64,000 nt of DNA. Source: Camelus ferus (Eukaryota). Under the pieces are notes generated by a model. That model made no database searches. It saw only the letters and a program-made list of their open reading frames with translations, and was not told where the DNA came from. The first letter of the stretch is position 1, and every line of letters begins with the position of its first letter. Below are positions 13,421 through 26,865 of the stretch, piece after piece. The stretch covers positions 62,622,001 through 62,686,000 of the forward strand of contig NC_045697.1 of NCBI RefSeq assembly GCF_009834535.1. Direction: 5' to 3'. The position numbers and the translations under genes are program-made.

Positions 13421-14296
13421 AACAACACTGAATATTTACTGAGCATCTGCTAAGTGCTGGACTGGCCTTAGTACTTTGTTACCTAGGTGTCCCAATAAAT
13501 GTTTATCATATATTTTCTCAATGCATATTACCCACTGTTGTTCTACTTTCATCTTATTGCTAATCTTATTTTTTAAAAAAGCTTTTCTTGGAAAAGAGTG
13601 AAACAAAAAAAAAAATCTATTTTAAGAATGGCAGCCTTTGCCTTATCTCATTGACTAGCCACATGTGACTCTCCGATGAGCTGCAGTATTTTCCCTTTCT
13701 CACACTGGTGCATAAACCTGACTGTTGGTTCCCCTTCTCTCAGCTGCCTAGGATACAGCTGAAGCCTTTTGTACTGCATGCTAGTTGGGCCTTTTACATC
13801 CTGGGTACGTCCCATCCTAGTGACACAGATAAGAAGCAAATGCTACGGAGCTATCAGTGCAAATGCTACAAGTACAGTGTTCTAACTGTCTTGAACTGAA
13901 GACTTTTAAGCAGAAGCAGTGTTATATTTAGACCATACCAAGGGCGAGAAAGATTCACAGAACCAGTGCTTGAAGATAAATATACTTTTCTTGATATTTA
14001 TAATGTTGGTAAAGAAGCACCTCTTATCCTTGCAATAAGTAGCTTATCATAATTGAAGCTAAACAAGATATATATTAAAAGCCCTGACTTTTCCTTTGTA
14101 GACTCTTGGGTCAACCTCACAATAGGGTAAATACTGTACCTGTGAAACTCTAGACTTCTTTATCAGTTATAACCTCCACATAAAAATACAATATGGGTTG
14201 GTGGGTCAAGGGGAGAGGGTGGTGGATATAGAGTACTGAGATCTTAGAAATGACAAATACCAACAGTGTAACATTACTACAGATCTTACATACATA

Positions 14297-14770
14297 CAGT
14301 GAGGTTACATCCTGATAAACCCTATGAAAGTTGGAAAACAGCCTAAGTCAAAAATGCCTTTAATACACCTTACCTACCCAACACCACAGCTTAGCCTAGC
14401 CTACCTTAAATGTGCTCAGAACAACTACATTAGCCCATAGCTGGGCAAAATCATCTAACACAAGCCTATTTTTTAGTCAAGTGTTGAGTATCTTATGTAA
14501 TATATTGAATACTGTACTGAAAGTGAAACAGAATAGTCGTAGGGTGACAGAATGGTTGTTAAGTGCATTGGTGGCTTTCCCTCACGGTCATGTGGCTGAC
14601 TGGGAGCTGCAGCTTGCTGCCACTGCCCAGCACCACGAGAGTATGGTACTGGATGTTGCTGGCCTTGGAAAAGATCAAAATTCAAAGTATGGATTCTATT
14701 GAATGTGTATTACCTTCACACCATCAGAAAGTCAAAAAATTGTAAGTTGAGCCACTGTAGTCAGGGACTA
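14297..14770 (+). mobile_element. TcMar-Tigger DNA transposon derivative (Tigger5/MER47 family)
   Basis: ggttacatcctgataaaccc...gcttagcctagcctaccttaaatgtgctcagaac...gggcaaaatcatctaacacaagcc...tcaggggact-like end. Confidence 0.85.
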
Positions 14771-17309
14771 GATTTGGGTCCAAAACCGTATCATTCTTAT
14801 GCTAAAGGTAAGTTTATAATTGTTGTGGTGGGGTTGTGTTCTTAAGGGAAGTGGAAAAGTTTTATAATGGTCTCTGAAAAATAAGTAAAATATCAATTAG
14901 AAAGAAAGAAAACAACTGCCGAGCAGCAGTGAGTGCCATGTGGAATCTGGGGACCATCACTTTTTAGTTGAGCCAACCCACCCAAATATCTGGATTTTCT
15001 TTGCAGGTAAAGGATTTAGTCTACGTTCTGAACCTTTCACGTGGGCTGAGGTCATTGTGAAATGTTTTACAGCAATAACGTAAGAGTGCTCAAGAGGTAA
15101 AGAAAAAAAACCCCCATCACTACCCGCAAAGAGTTCTATTGCCAGTTTCTCCTCTAGACTGACCTCCTGGGCCTCATAGCTAGTTTGTAAACAAATAATT
15201 TGGGTGACCCAGTTATGTTATGCAAACTAAAAGCCAAATCTAAAACAGATATACAATACCAGATTTGTACACAAAACCACATTCCATTCAAATTTGTATA
15301 TCATACAATAAAAATTTAATTAAGTAATTCCAAGTATTTTGAAACAAGAAGTCACCCTGACATAAAATTGACATACATAAAGGAGACTGCGCATAATGCA
15401 CTTTTAAATGAAATTAAAAAATTGAAATTTGATTTTTTGAGATTAAAAACAATTCAATGTAAATCTATATTTAATTATTTGGAATGAATATTGTATGTGT
15501 TTTGCATCCTCCTTCTATATAAAATTCTATGGTTTCAATACCCTCATTTGAGATTTCTCTTACTTTGGGTTAATTTTGATATCTCTGAATTTTAAGTCCA
15601 GGGAACTGCACAATCTTCTCTCACCCTAACACTTTTAGGGCTGGCATTCTTTTGTTGTTGTTGTTGTTTGGCTTCGCATTCCCACTTTTCACATCTCAAA
15701 CTATAACTAGGTGTGGAGCACTCTGTGGAAACCAGACGTAGGCAGCACAAAGATGGTTTTATTAGAAAGTTCACTAGAGCAGAAGAGCCAGTACACACAG
15801 TTACACTTTCCTCGCCGACTCAGCAGACTTACCCTGGAAAAGAATGTCTGCCTCTGTTGAGTTTTACTAGGCAACTGGAATATCTGAAAGCTGATGGATG
15901 TTCCAAAGAGAACAAAACCAAACCAGTGGATAGAACTATGTTCGTGTTCTCACATGCTCATGCCCAGAAAATAGCATATTAGAGCATCTCTAAGATTAAC
16001 TGTTAACACAGCAGAACAATTCCTGCCCAGAATTGACAATGCAATCATTTTTAACTTTTTTTTTATCACAAGTATAAAATAACTACTTCTTTATGAGAAA
16101 CTTAAAAAAAAATCACTGTGTAAATAGATAAAAATGATTCCTACCCATTGTTCTTTTCCCCCTGGGACAGGGGACTCAGGCACATCAAAGGAACTCACAG
16201 AGCTCCTTGAAGCAAGTGTGAAAACCACAATGATCAACTAAGTAAATGTTTCTCTCAAAAGAGAGATATAAATATGTTACTTCAGGAAAAGGCAGCCCAG
16301 AATATTATTTGCTGGTTGAGAAACTTCTTGAAGCCATTTTCAATTAACTGCTGATAAATTATTGTAATTTGACAGATTAGCTAATCTGTATTTCATTTAC
16401 ATACCTGTAAAATGACTTTCAAAGCACATTTACGCACCAGTTACACACAGGTGCTGTAAAAAAAAAAGCGCTCACAGAGTATCTAAATGTAAAAACTTAC
16501 ACCTTCAACTTTATGTTTTTCCTGGCCTAGCACCATATGTATTGAATGAATTAATAAATTAACGAACAAGATTGACATGGGTTCATTTTAACCACACTCA
16601 GAACAGAAATCATTTCCATAGATTATTTAAAGATGAACCAGCACATTCATTACCCCTAAATCTCTCTGTAACTGACATCCCAATTTCACTCTGAGCTATT
16701 CAGCCTTAGGTGTTAAGCACACCTCTCTCCTCTGGTCCTCTCTTTAAATTCACAGCTATTTCTGGCAGGTAGGGCAAATGCCTTGGTGAGTGTGAACACA
16801 CACCACCATGGAGTGCAAGGCACCTGAGGAAAAAAGGCTGCTAAAATGGGGAAATAACTAAGGAAAAAAGACAGGGAGCTGGAAATATAACATCTATGCG
16901 TTTGTCTACTTGTAGTCTAATTTATATGGAAGTCATTTTAATAAGAATATAAGGTATTTAGAAAATTCAGTGTTGCCTCTGGCTGTACTTCATGCTGTGG
17001 GCACTTAATACAAAGCCATGTCCTTGTCTGGTATCACAAAGGACAATTTAGAATTGAGAGCTCAATCTCCCGGATGGTTTACACATTCTACCTGGAGGCA
17101 TACCAAGAAAATTGAGTTTATTATTTTCAGAAAAGGCTGCCATTATTCACGTTAGAGAGAGGGCTGATGGGAGATTTTTTTAAAACAGATTTTAAAAGAT
17201 CATGAAGGTAAGCTGGCTTTTAACAACAAAAAAAGATCTATACATTTTCTGACTGACTGAATTTATGAAGTCCAGAAACTCAGCTGACAGCTTAAGCTTT
17301 TTTTTTTTT

Positions 17310-18101
17310 TTATTGCAGTGGGGAAATCTGAGTATTATCTGGACTATCAGTTGTGAAATTAAGCAAAAAGGAAGTTTTGCTAATGGGTGGTTTTAATATT
17401 CATGAATGTGATGGTTCAGCATTTTCTCCAATGTTTTCCGCAGCAAGACTGCTAATTAATGATCATCTTTACAAATGGAACATATCATTGTCTGAGACTA
17501 TTTTTTCTTTGCCAAGAGTTAATACTTCTTATTTTGAATATGTTTTATTATTCTACTCCACATTTCTGTTTATTTCTACATGAAAATGTCTTGATTTTCT
17601 TCTCATTCCATCCTCTTATTCTCACTATAGGATTTTTAAAAGCTTGATTTACTATATTGAAGTCCTCCAACTGGGAAGTCAGCAATGTTTTGATTTCCAG
17701 GGATCCATCTGACATTAGGTTGACTTTGTGAAGCTTAACATCAACATGAAAGAAAAGATTTTTTTCAAATAAAATGCCTGAATCAAAATGAGAGGTCAGA
17801 TTTTTACAGGGTGTTTTGTGTCTTGAAAATCTTCCTCCTGTAATTATCTGGAGCCCTTGGCTAAATAAGTATTAAGGGACTCTTGCAATTGTCCCTTTTC
17901 TCTGCATAGATCATCACGGTAATTAAGACAGGATCACTGGAGACATGTTGCTGTTCTGCATCTTTAAGTATTTTTAGTTCCTCATTATCAAAAGAAGAAA
18001 TGCATGAAGAAATAGGTTGCTTCTCAGCCAAATTTTCTGATGTACAGATATTCTCAAAAAGGTCTCTAGAATGTGCTTTAATCTTATTTCTGTACGTTTT
18101 T
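17310..18101 (-). pseudogene. Large frameshifted exon-like segment
   Basis: Acceptor acttccttcag. ~79 open codons (KTYRNKIKAHSRDLFENICTSENLAEKQ...), then a shifted frame open for 107 codons at 17871-17551 (YLFSQGLQIITGGRFSRHKTPCKNL...). A third stop-containing frame is shadowed by the + strand ORF 17353-17583. Confidence 0.55.
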
Positions 18102-19149
18102 CTGAAGGAAGTCATTATGAATTTTACACATATTTTATAACTTTTATTTTATGTACTTTTCTGGTTTGATTTCAATTGAGCTAGTAAAGAAATAGGAATC
18201 AGGTGCTTGCTGCAATCAAGATGCTGAAGTTATATTTACACTGTATCACAACTCTAAAGTGTGAACGCTTAGCAAGAGAAGACTCAGGCTGACAACTGAT
18301 TAGCCACAGAGCAATTCAGAGCTGCCTAGAGGAGCCTTCCCGGGTTCATGCAGTGAAGGGAGAACCCGGCTCCTGGCTATAGGAATGCGAACCAAAGTGC
18401 ATTCATTCCAATACTTTGGAGGATGTCTTATTACATTGTGCTGCATTAAAATAAAAATGCAACCAAAAGCAAGCAAACTGAGTGATAAGAACTGCTTCAT
18501 TTTCCTCACCAATTTCCTTAATTACCTTTTTCTACTAGAATAGAAAGGATCTGAGAGAAGTAACCAAAAAGTCTTATCTTTAGATCTCAAAACAGTGCAT
18601 GCACCTAGCACTTGCTTTGTAAGTGTTCATCGAATGACTGCATGAATTCTTCCATGATATCCTCTATCAGAGCTAATCACTCTCTTCTTCACCCCTAAAC
18701 ACTTTCCCCAGAGATGTAGTTCAGCAGAAACTGCCCTGTTTTGAATTTATTGGTGTAGCTCTCCTGGGTTGTAGGTTTCTAAGAGCAAGGATGACATCAT
18801 ACTCATTTTACCTTCCACAGTTCTTTGCCCAGTGCCTAGCAAATAACGCCAAGTAAAATTTGTTTTTAAATGAATGTCTGAATGAATGTATATAAAACAC
18901 CAGTGGATAAAACAGAGAATCAGTTACTAAAAAATTAATTCAGTTTAAGTGTTCTAAAATAGGAGTCCCTCAGTGATTTGTAGCAGAAATTAGGATTCAG
19001 ATCCAAGTAGAAAGAATACTATCATCCCTTAAAGATATCACAATTTGTTGTATGATAGGTTAAAACACATTGTTTGATATTACATGTTATCATACACTTG
19101 GTTTTTAATTTATTTACCTTGTACGCATAGCTAGTTATAGAACATTAAG

Positions 19150-19315
19150 ACCAGTATGCATGGGCAGCACCTGAGGTACTCATTATAAATGCAGATTCCC
19201 AGGCTTTGTCCCTTAACTACTGAATCAGCATCTTTGGGGATGTACCAACAGAAATTTGAATTTTAAAAAATAAGCGCTTTGGGCTATTTGGGTGATCTGT
19301 AGAGATTAAAACTGA
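19150..19315. mobile_element. MER5-type hAT-Charlie MITE
   Basis: gcacctgaggtactcattataaatgcagattcccaggc...ctactgaatcagcatctttgggg. Confidence 0.7.
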
Positions 19316-22300
19316 CTTTTTATCCATTGCTGCAAAATTTTATATACACATTGGCTGTTAAGTTTCCTCTTTCTGAGAAAAGAACATTTTCTCTGGGTAG
19401 AAAAAAAGATAACCAGCTTTTCTGAGAGTACACACTTCTAGAAAAGTCTTGTTCCTGTGACTCTATCACCCAAGGCGTAGTGAGAGCGAACTTCCCTCCT
19501 TTGCCCTCACTCCCTTCCAAGAGAAGCTCCCAAATCTCATTACAGATGGTCTATTTTCTATTCTTGGGGTTATCTGTGGGAACTCCCACACCAGCTTAGG
19601 AATCTGGATAAAGAAAGAAAGTACCAGTCTTCAAGTACTTAAAAAAGACTGGTTTTCAGAATTACAAAAAATGAATGAGTGTAAACAATGTTTAATGAAA
19701 GTGTCTTGACAATAAAGTGAACTTGTAGGCTAGATAACAATAGTAGCTTTTATATATGTGTGGTGTATATATACATATTTTTTTTTAAAACTTACCACTT
19801 GTCAGGTACTTATTAGAGGCTTTACCATAACCTTAGGAGGTAGGTGCTAGGATGAAGTCCACTCTACAGACATAACTAGTTTACTGCTGTTCTCTCACCA
19901 TGTAGGAAGTGGAACGAGGAAGCTTGGCTCCAGGAGCTGTATCTGTATGACCAAGCCCCAAGGCCTTCAAAGCAAGCCTGAATATGTGTGGGTTTGTATT
20001 TAGGCATCTATGCATACCAGGGTGCTACTTGTATTAAAGCTATCTACCAACGTTTACCTTAATGGTTGGAATTTAGGCAAATGAGAAAATATTTGTATCT
20101 TCTCAACCATTCAGATTTTAGCAGAATTCATTAACAGTTTGTATCCTGTATATCTGAGCAGTACACTTCAAATGTAGCAATTGGGTGGGAACTTTTTATA
20201 ACTGTATGATACAAACACAAGTACAAGAAATATTGAAGGAAAAAACTTTCTCCAATTACCCTCTACTCATAAGTCTCTCGTTGTCTCTAAATTTGACTTT
20301 AAATCTTGCCACATTTCTCAGAAAGTAGTATCTTCTAACTGACTTCTACTAAATGGTTTAGAAAAGGAAAAAAAGATTGAATACAATGCGAGCCACTATT
20401 ATAACACTGTTTCGTTTCCCTAATATCTCTCTTTAGAGCATACCACCTGCGCTAAAAGTAGTTAGTATCAGTCTCTTAGCATGTTTAGTTTCATTAATAC
20501 ACACACACAAATACATATGTAAATATACACATACACAATCACATACACATATATCAGACTAGAATGCTTTCTTGGAGGGGCCTGGGGTCTATGTGATGTC
20601 TATTGTTACTTACATTTTCATAGTACTTGCACACATGAGAAAATTAAAAATTTGAGACTAAAGAAAGGATTACTATATCTCCTTTAAATGTTACTTTTAA
20701 CAGGCTCACCAATGAATATTAAAATACCTAAAAGAAAACATCTGAATTAGACTATGATTAACTTTTTGACTAGAGCCCAATACTTTGAAGTTATAAATCG
20801 TAGTTTTTGTCCAGTAGGAAATGTAATCCCAAAGATTATAGTTCGTTGGCCAGTAAACTATTACCAGTTTTGTATCTATTTAGCCAATTCATTTCAGAAG
20901 TCCTCTGACTCACTGTTTCTATGAATCTTTCTTCCTCAAATTCTCCTTTGAACCAGTCTTACCAGCTTTCTGTTTTCCATATTAATCAGTTGAATAAAAT
21001 CTTTACTATGTATTCATTTCATTTTTGTGTGAAACTTTTTTTTTTTTTACTTTTTGAAAACTATACATTAACACACTATAGAAAGACCAATTGTGAGAGT
21101 TACCTGAAGGATTACTGAATTGTTGTTTCCTCTTTAAGTTTTAACATTCTGTGTAATTTTAGATTATTTAAAAACTCAAAATATTTTGGGCTCATATTTA
21201 TAGTCTTCCTAAGGAGTATAATCTGTTACCTAAATTAGGTAAATAGATTTTGTTGAAAATTTTCATACTTTAAAGGTAAATACATAAAAAAGAAAGAACT
21301 ATTTTCCAAATCTCCAAGCCATACTCAATATACTGACTCCTTAATTAGGAACTCAGCAAGAATAGGTGGACTTTAAAAAAAAACATACACTGCACGGAGT
21401 ATTGCTGTCAGTTATTTTTATAAGTTGTATTGTCTTTTTCATTTCCCTTTTTATTTGGAATGTATTACATACTCTGGTGGTTTCAGAGAAAGCATGTATC
21501 TCCTCTCACTCCAAGCATCTTTTCAGAAGAGTACAAGTATGACAAAATATGAACAAGAACAACGGTTACCCAATTCCAAGCCAATCAAGTGGCCTTGGAA
21601 GGACAAAAACCAGAGCATCTAAAGCAATAAAGGGGTCTGATCATTGGGGAAGCCCTGGGGAAGTGGCTACTCATTTCCCCTCTCAAAAGCTTTTCATAAC
21701 AGAGCACCAGTCTGCTCTCCTATAGAGAAGAGGCTAACTCCCCAGACAACTACTCATCTTCCCCTCCACGTTCCCAGTTTACACACACACCCAATGAGAT
21801 TAATTAACACTTGTTCCAGGAAGACACACAGACAATAGCATCCGATATTGGAATAGTCCTTAGTGAATAAGTATAAAACTCATGGAGGGGGAGGGCGATA
21901 TTTTGAGAGAGCAAACAAGCATTGAACTTTATTGCTTAAAGTCAAGAGAAATTGGTATTTGAGGTTAAAGTACGAAAAAAACATACTTTTGAAAAACAGA
22001 AACATAACAAAACAATGAAATTTTGTACTAAGTATCCAGTTTTTGTGGCAATGGTCTGTTACTCTAAGAAGCTTACATGAAATGAACAATTGGCCCTGAA
22101 ACATCTACTGTTAAAGTGTGCTCTGAAGATCTGACAACCTTCAACAAAGGGATGGTTGGGATGCTACAAGCAGACCCATAATTCTAAGACACAAGTAGAA
22201 TGATATTCCTTTTAAGTGTAATATCAGTCATTTCATATAATACAGTTATAAAAACTGTTTTTTCCCAAAACAAAATACAGTCAGATTTAAAATGTCTCTT

Positions 22301-22929
22301 CTCTGAGATGGACACTTTACAATTTAAATTAAAGAGTCCTTGTTTTTAGAAGAAAACTATGAAAGCGAATGCTTTTGAGAACTTGGCTGTATCTGAGCCA
22401 TTTCAATAATCAAATTCCATGTTCACTTTTGAGTGATGACTTTGGAAGCTGTCAGGACCTACAAGTTATAATTTTTCTATCCACAGAGTTACTTCCTTTA
22501 AAAAAATTGGTGTTTTATGTACATTACCTAACAATTTCTTTTCACAGCATTCCAGGAACACAAAAAATGTGCATGCATTAACTTAATAGGTACTGAGATG
22601 TTTCCCACTGGTTAAGTTGCATCCATGCAATAAATCCATGTTCAGCAATGTTCCCCAGTAAAGCTTAATGTTTATAAATTCATACATACCTAAATTTACA
22701 TTAGGAAGTTTTCACATTGTGAAAATTGATATATAGCATTTTGTAGTCAAAAGCATCACCACAGTTCCACTGTTGTTCTTTTTTGTTTATTTCTTGCACA
22801 TTTTTGGTATTAATGACATAAATAGGGCAATGTTAATCATCTGCATAAAATTCCAAGGCCTTCCCACAGCCTCTACATAATTCAAACTTTATACTATACA
22901 ATCTGAAATAGTTTGTATCAACAGCCTCC

Positions 22930-23160
22930 ATTTCTTCCTCCTCTATATTCTACCCGCTCTGGTCTCTTTCATGCCATTAAAACCACTGGATTCTCCCACC
23001 CTCAGCACCTTCACATGTCAGCCTGTTCTGCCTTGGATCCTTCTGCCCCCACATTCTAATCACCCCAACCCCACACATTCTCTCTCTCATCACATGGTTG
23101 GCCCCTTCTTGCTTTTCCGATCTCAATTGAAATGAGACCTTCCTGTATAAACATTCTGTA
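22930..23160 (+). mobile_element. L2 LINE fragment
   Basis: Pyrimidine-rich cccacctcagcaccttcacatg...ctgccttgga...tctcaattgaaatgagaccttcc, typical of the L2 3' region. Confidence 0.5.
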
Positions 23161-23835
23161 AACTGGACTGACTGAATCCAAACAGCTGATGGGTTTTTAT
23201 TCTCACTACGTGCTCTCTGTGCATCTATTTTATAATGCTTTGTTTGGGAGGAAAAAATGAGAGGAAGGCGGTCTCAAGAGAACGGAAGCACTGATGTGGA
23301 GGTGCAAAAGGGGAAACAGTATCTGTTCCCCCCTCGCCGGCTCTAGGGATCTTAGCCAGGGGGAAAGAGTGAAAACTGCAGCAAATGCTGAAGGTGCTGT
23401 TTTGATTGAGGTAATTGAAGTTCTAGGGCACAAGAGGAAAGGTCACTTACAAGGGTGGCAGCTGCTCCATTCCTCCCTCAGTAACTCGGGGGCAACAGGA
23501 AAACGAAGCAGATCAAAGTGAGCAGACTTGTTCTCAAGCACACAGGAGACACCCTTGGAGATGGTAATAAGTCACTGGGAGACCGTGAGGGGAGGTTTAG
23601 GCCCTGCCGATGGAGTTCTGCAATGGAGGGGAATCCTACTTATCCTCAGGCTGTCAAGTCCAAAGCTTCTTGGGTTAAGTAAATGACCCCTGGGATGATA
23701 ACAGTCAGTGATTATCAGCAGTTACAGATCTGTCTCTATATTAAACCAGATAACAGCACCCAGGAATTATCAAAAGCCACAAATCATTCCCAATGTCTTG
23801 TCATGCACTAACAGTGATTTTCCCTTTCCTTATAG

Positions 23836-23899
23836 CTACTTAATGGATACTGGCAAGCTGTCAAACAGAAGTGAGGATAAATGATGCTCTAAGTTTAAG
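23836..23899 (+). other. Candidate non-coding exon with consensus splice signals
   Basis: Branch-point CACTAAC at 23806-23812, tract ttttccctttccttatag, donor AAG|GTGAGT. Stops in all three frames. Confidence 0.35.
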
Positions 23900-24734
23900 G
23901 TGAGTCAACAGTCGGACTTGGTATGGTCAGGGAATTTTGTCTGTTTTCTAGCTAGTTTCATTTAGTACAGCCATAAATCTAGCCATAATTCGTCTCTAAC
24001 TCCAATTACTCAATGCACTTAAGCATTTCATTTGACTCTCAACCGTGGAAAATTGCAGCTGATTTGATGGTAATAATATGCTGTCACTTGCATGCATATG
24101 ATGCTGTCAGTGCAACATGTGCTTCCAGTATCTGTTTTTTCCTTGTGGTATTAATGGACTATCATGAAGTATTTTATTTTATATTTTTCCTAGTTCCCTA
24201 GGGACTAATAGGATGCATCTGAGAAGCAAGTGCATGTGGCAGAGTTTGTGGCCAGTGGCTAGATTTTTTCCCCAATATGAAACAAATTAGCTTATATAGA
24301 AATTCATCAGAGCATAGGAACAATTTTTATTATTTTTTAATAAATTTAACTACTTGAAACATCACCCCAGTCGATGAAAAAACTATACGTTCTATAATGG
24401 ATAGTAAAAATTATTTTTAACTGAAATATGACAAGCAAATTGCTGTTTTAATCTCTAGGATTGCCATTTAAAACAGATAGTTAAGCATTTACTTTTTAAT
24501 CTGGGAACACGTTAAAGCAAATGGTATTTTATATCTAAATCACATTTAACATATTTAAAAATAGATAGTAATTGTTTTTAAACTTTAAAAATGTGTTTGA
24601 TATGTGTGGGTATTCCTGAACTTGATCAAGATTTTCATTTCTCCAAGAATTTTATTAACCTACAGAATCAAAACAGTAAGGCTTTGTAAATTTCATCAAG
24701 TGCTAATTTAACAGCTAAGTTTTTATTAATTAAC

Positions 24735-24994
24735 CGTAAAGGAGACAATAATGAGATTCAAAGGAAACGGCACTGTCTGTGGACAGCTCCATTTCCAGAT
24801 TCCAAGGAAACTATTAAAACATTTATAGCACTGAGAGTGAGTCAGACAGGTTTTATACTCGCTTGTGTGGCCATATTGCACAGCAGTGGGGGGTTCAAAG
24901 TAACAACATTCAGTCATCCATTTAGTCTCCAATTGGAGTGCAGGCAACTGCAATTTGTGGTTATGATGATAAATTTCCAAAAATGATGCACTAC
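24735..24994 (-). pseudogene. Open exon-like segment (SASFLEIYHHNHKLQLPALQLETKWMTECCYFEPP...IIVSFT)
   Basis: ctacag| then 86 open codons then |gttaat. Splice signals are weak. Confidence 0.35.
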
Positions 24995-26297
24995 CTGTAG
25001 ACCCATGTTAAAAATTATTCAGTGGGACTAAAAAGTTACCCATGTTGAAAATAAAAATTCACAAATATATACATGTGAGATAAATTGGAAGATTTAAAAT
25101 GCTTGTTTTAAATAGAGTTATAAAATTTAAATAGAAAATAGCTTAGCATATATTTGCTAATATTATACTATTTTTATTTCATCAGTTTTACTAAGTAAGG
25201 CAAATATATGATTTTTTTTTTTAATACAAAAAAGAAACCTACATGAAGTATACTCTATATGACCACAGGGTAAAAAAATTTTTTTATGATTATTAGCATG
25301 GGAAAGTGTGAACACTTAGATACTCATAATTTAAATTATTAAGTATATTTAATAAAGGAAATTTATTTTACCAATAACTTGAAATCTTAAGAACACATAT
25401 GACCTCAAAACATACAATGTTAATTTGTCCTGAAAATAACCGCTTTAAAATAATTTAAGCTTAAATATTCTCCTAAATGCTTTGTGAGACTTAAACTACA
25501 ATCCTCCAGAACTCTTGACAAAAAAGGAGAGAAAGACGTTTATAGAGTTCAGGGAAAGTTGAAAGATGCCCTTTGTCATCTACTCCTCACATTTTTAAAG
25601 AGTAAATGGTAGATCGTTCTCTAGGGAGCCTACAAAATGGCTAAAATTAAATGTTTGGACATAAACGTGGACTACAGAGTTAGCTACCCTAATTTAGTAT
25701 TCTCAAAGGCAAATTAAAAGCAATTATATATACTTTTAATGTGCTCAACTGTAAATGAATATTATAAGAAACCTAGACTTATAAGAATAATGTATTTTAA
25801 AAGCCCTAGATGACACACAATGTAGTAAGTATATTTACAAACAATGCTTTTGTTTTCATTTTAAGCATAGTTGTTTAAAATTTTCAATATGCCTTCCCCA
25901 CTTTTGACCTGTGATATCTTGACATTCAACCAAAGGGTAAGCCAAAAATTAAGTGGAATAATTGGAAAGAATATTAAATCAATATCTGATAACAACAGTA
26001 ATATAAGATTTTTATGCATTATTTGGGCTTAAAAATTATCTAATGTTCTAATAATAAACATAATGGTTTATTCAAATAATTGTGCCTGTCATCCTTAGAT
26101 GCTATTGGCAACTCAAAATAATGAATTACACCCAGATAAAGAGGGCCTTTGTATAGACGTGTTCTTATTCTAATGACTTATTATTTATTATTATTCTCCA
26201 AATATCTTTTAGGCACCAATTATAAGATGGCCAGAAACAGAAATTCTGTGTCTATAATAAATAAAGCCAGATAGTCATTCAATAAAATCAAGTATAT

Positions 26298-26750
26298 GCT
26301 ACTCAGACATAAAAAAAGAATAAAATAATGCCATTTGCAGCAACATGGATGGATCTAGAGATCCGTCATTCTAAGTGAAGCCAGAAAGAGAAAGAAAAAT
26401 ATCAGATGATATTACTCATATGTGGAATCTAAAGAAAAAAAGAAGAAAAAAAAAGGACACTGTGAACTCATCTACAAAACAGAAACAGACTCACAGACAT
26501 AGTAAGCAATCTTATGGTTACCAGGGGAAAGGGGTAGGAAGGGATAAATTGGGAGTTTGAGATTTGCAATTATTAGCCACTATACATAAAAATAGATTTT
26601 AAAAGTTTCTTCTGTATCGCATAGGGAACTGTATTTAATATCTTACAATAACCTTTAATGAAAAAGAATATGTAAATGAATACATGTATGTATATGTATG
26701 ACTGGGACATTGTGCTGTACACATAGTAACTACGTCAATAAAAATTTTTT
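26298..26750 (+). mobile_element. 5'-truncated L1 3' end, same subfamily type as the 1-4812 element, with 13-bp TSD
   Basis: Highly similar to 4345-4800. TSD aaatcaagtatat at 26285-26297 and 26751-26763. Confidence 0.92.
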
Positions 26751-26760
26751 AAATCAAGTA

Positions 26761-26794
26761 TATATGTGTGTGTGTGTGTACATCTTTTTCCTTT

Positions 26795-26856
<62 letters not shown>

Positions 26857-26865
26857 GAAAAAGAT
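26761..26865. repeat. (TG)n..(CA)n(TA)n microsatellite inside a 19-bp perfect inverted repeat
   Basis: atctttttccttttatata (26782-26800) is the reverse complement of tatataaaaggaaaaagat (26847-26865). Confidence 0.9.

Noticed and set aside
20914..21148. Pair of minus-strand exon-like segments
   Set aside because: Good donors exist (gtgagt, gtaaga, gtaact), but the implied intron is ~43 nt and the frames are broken. Boundaries cannot be supported.
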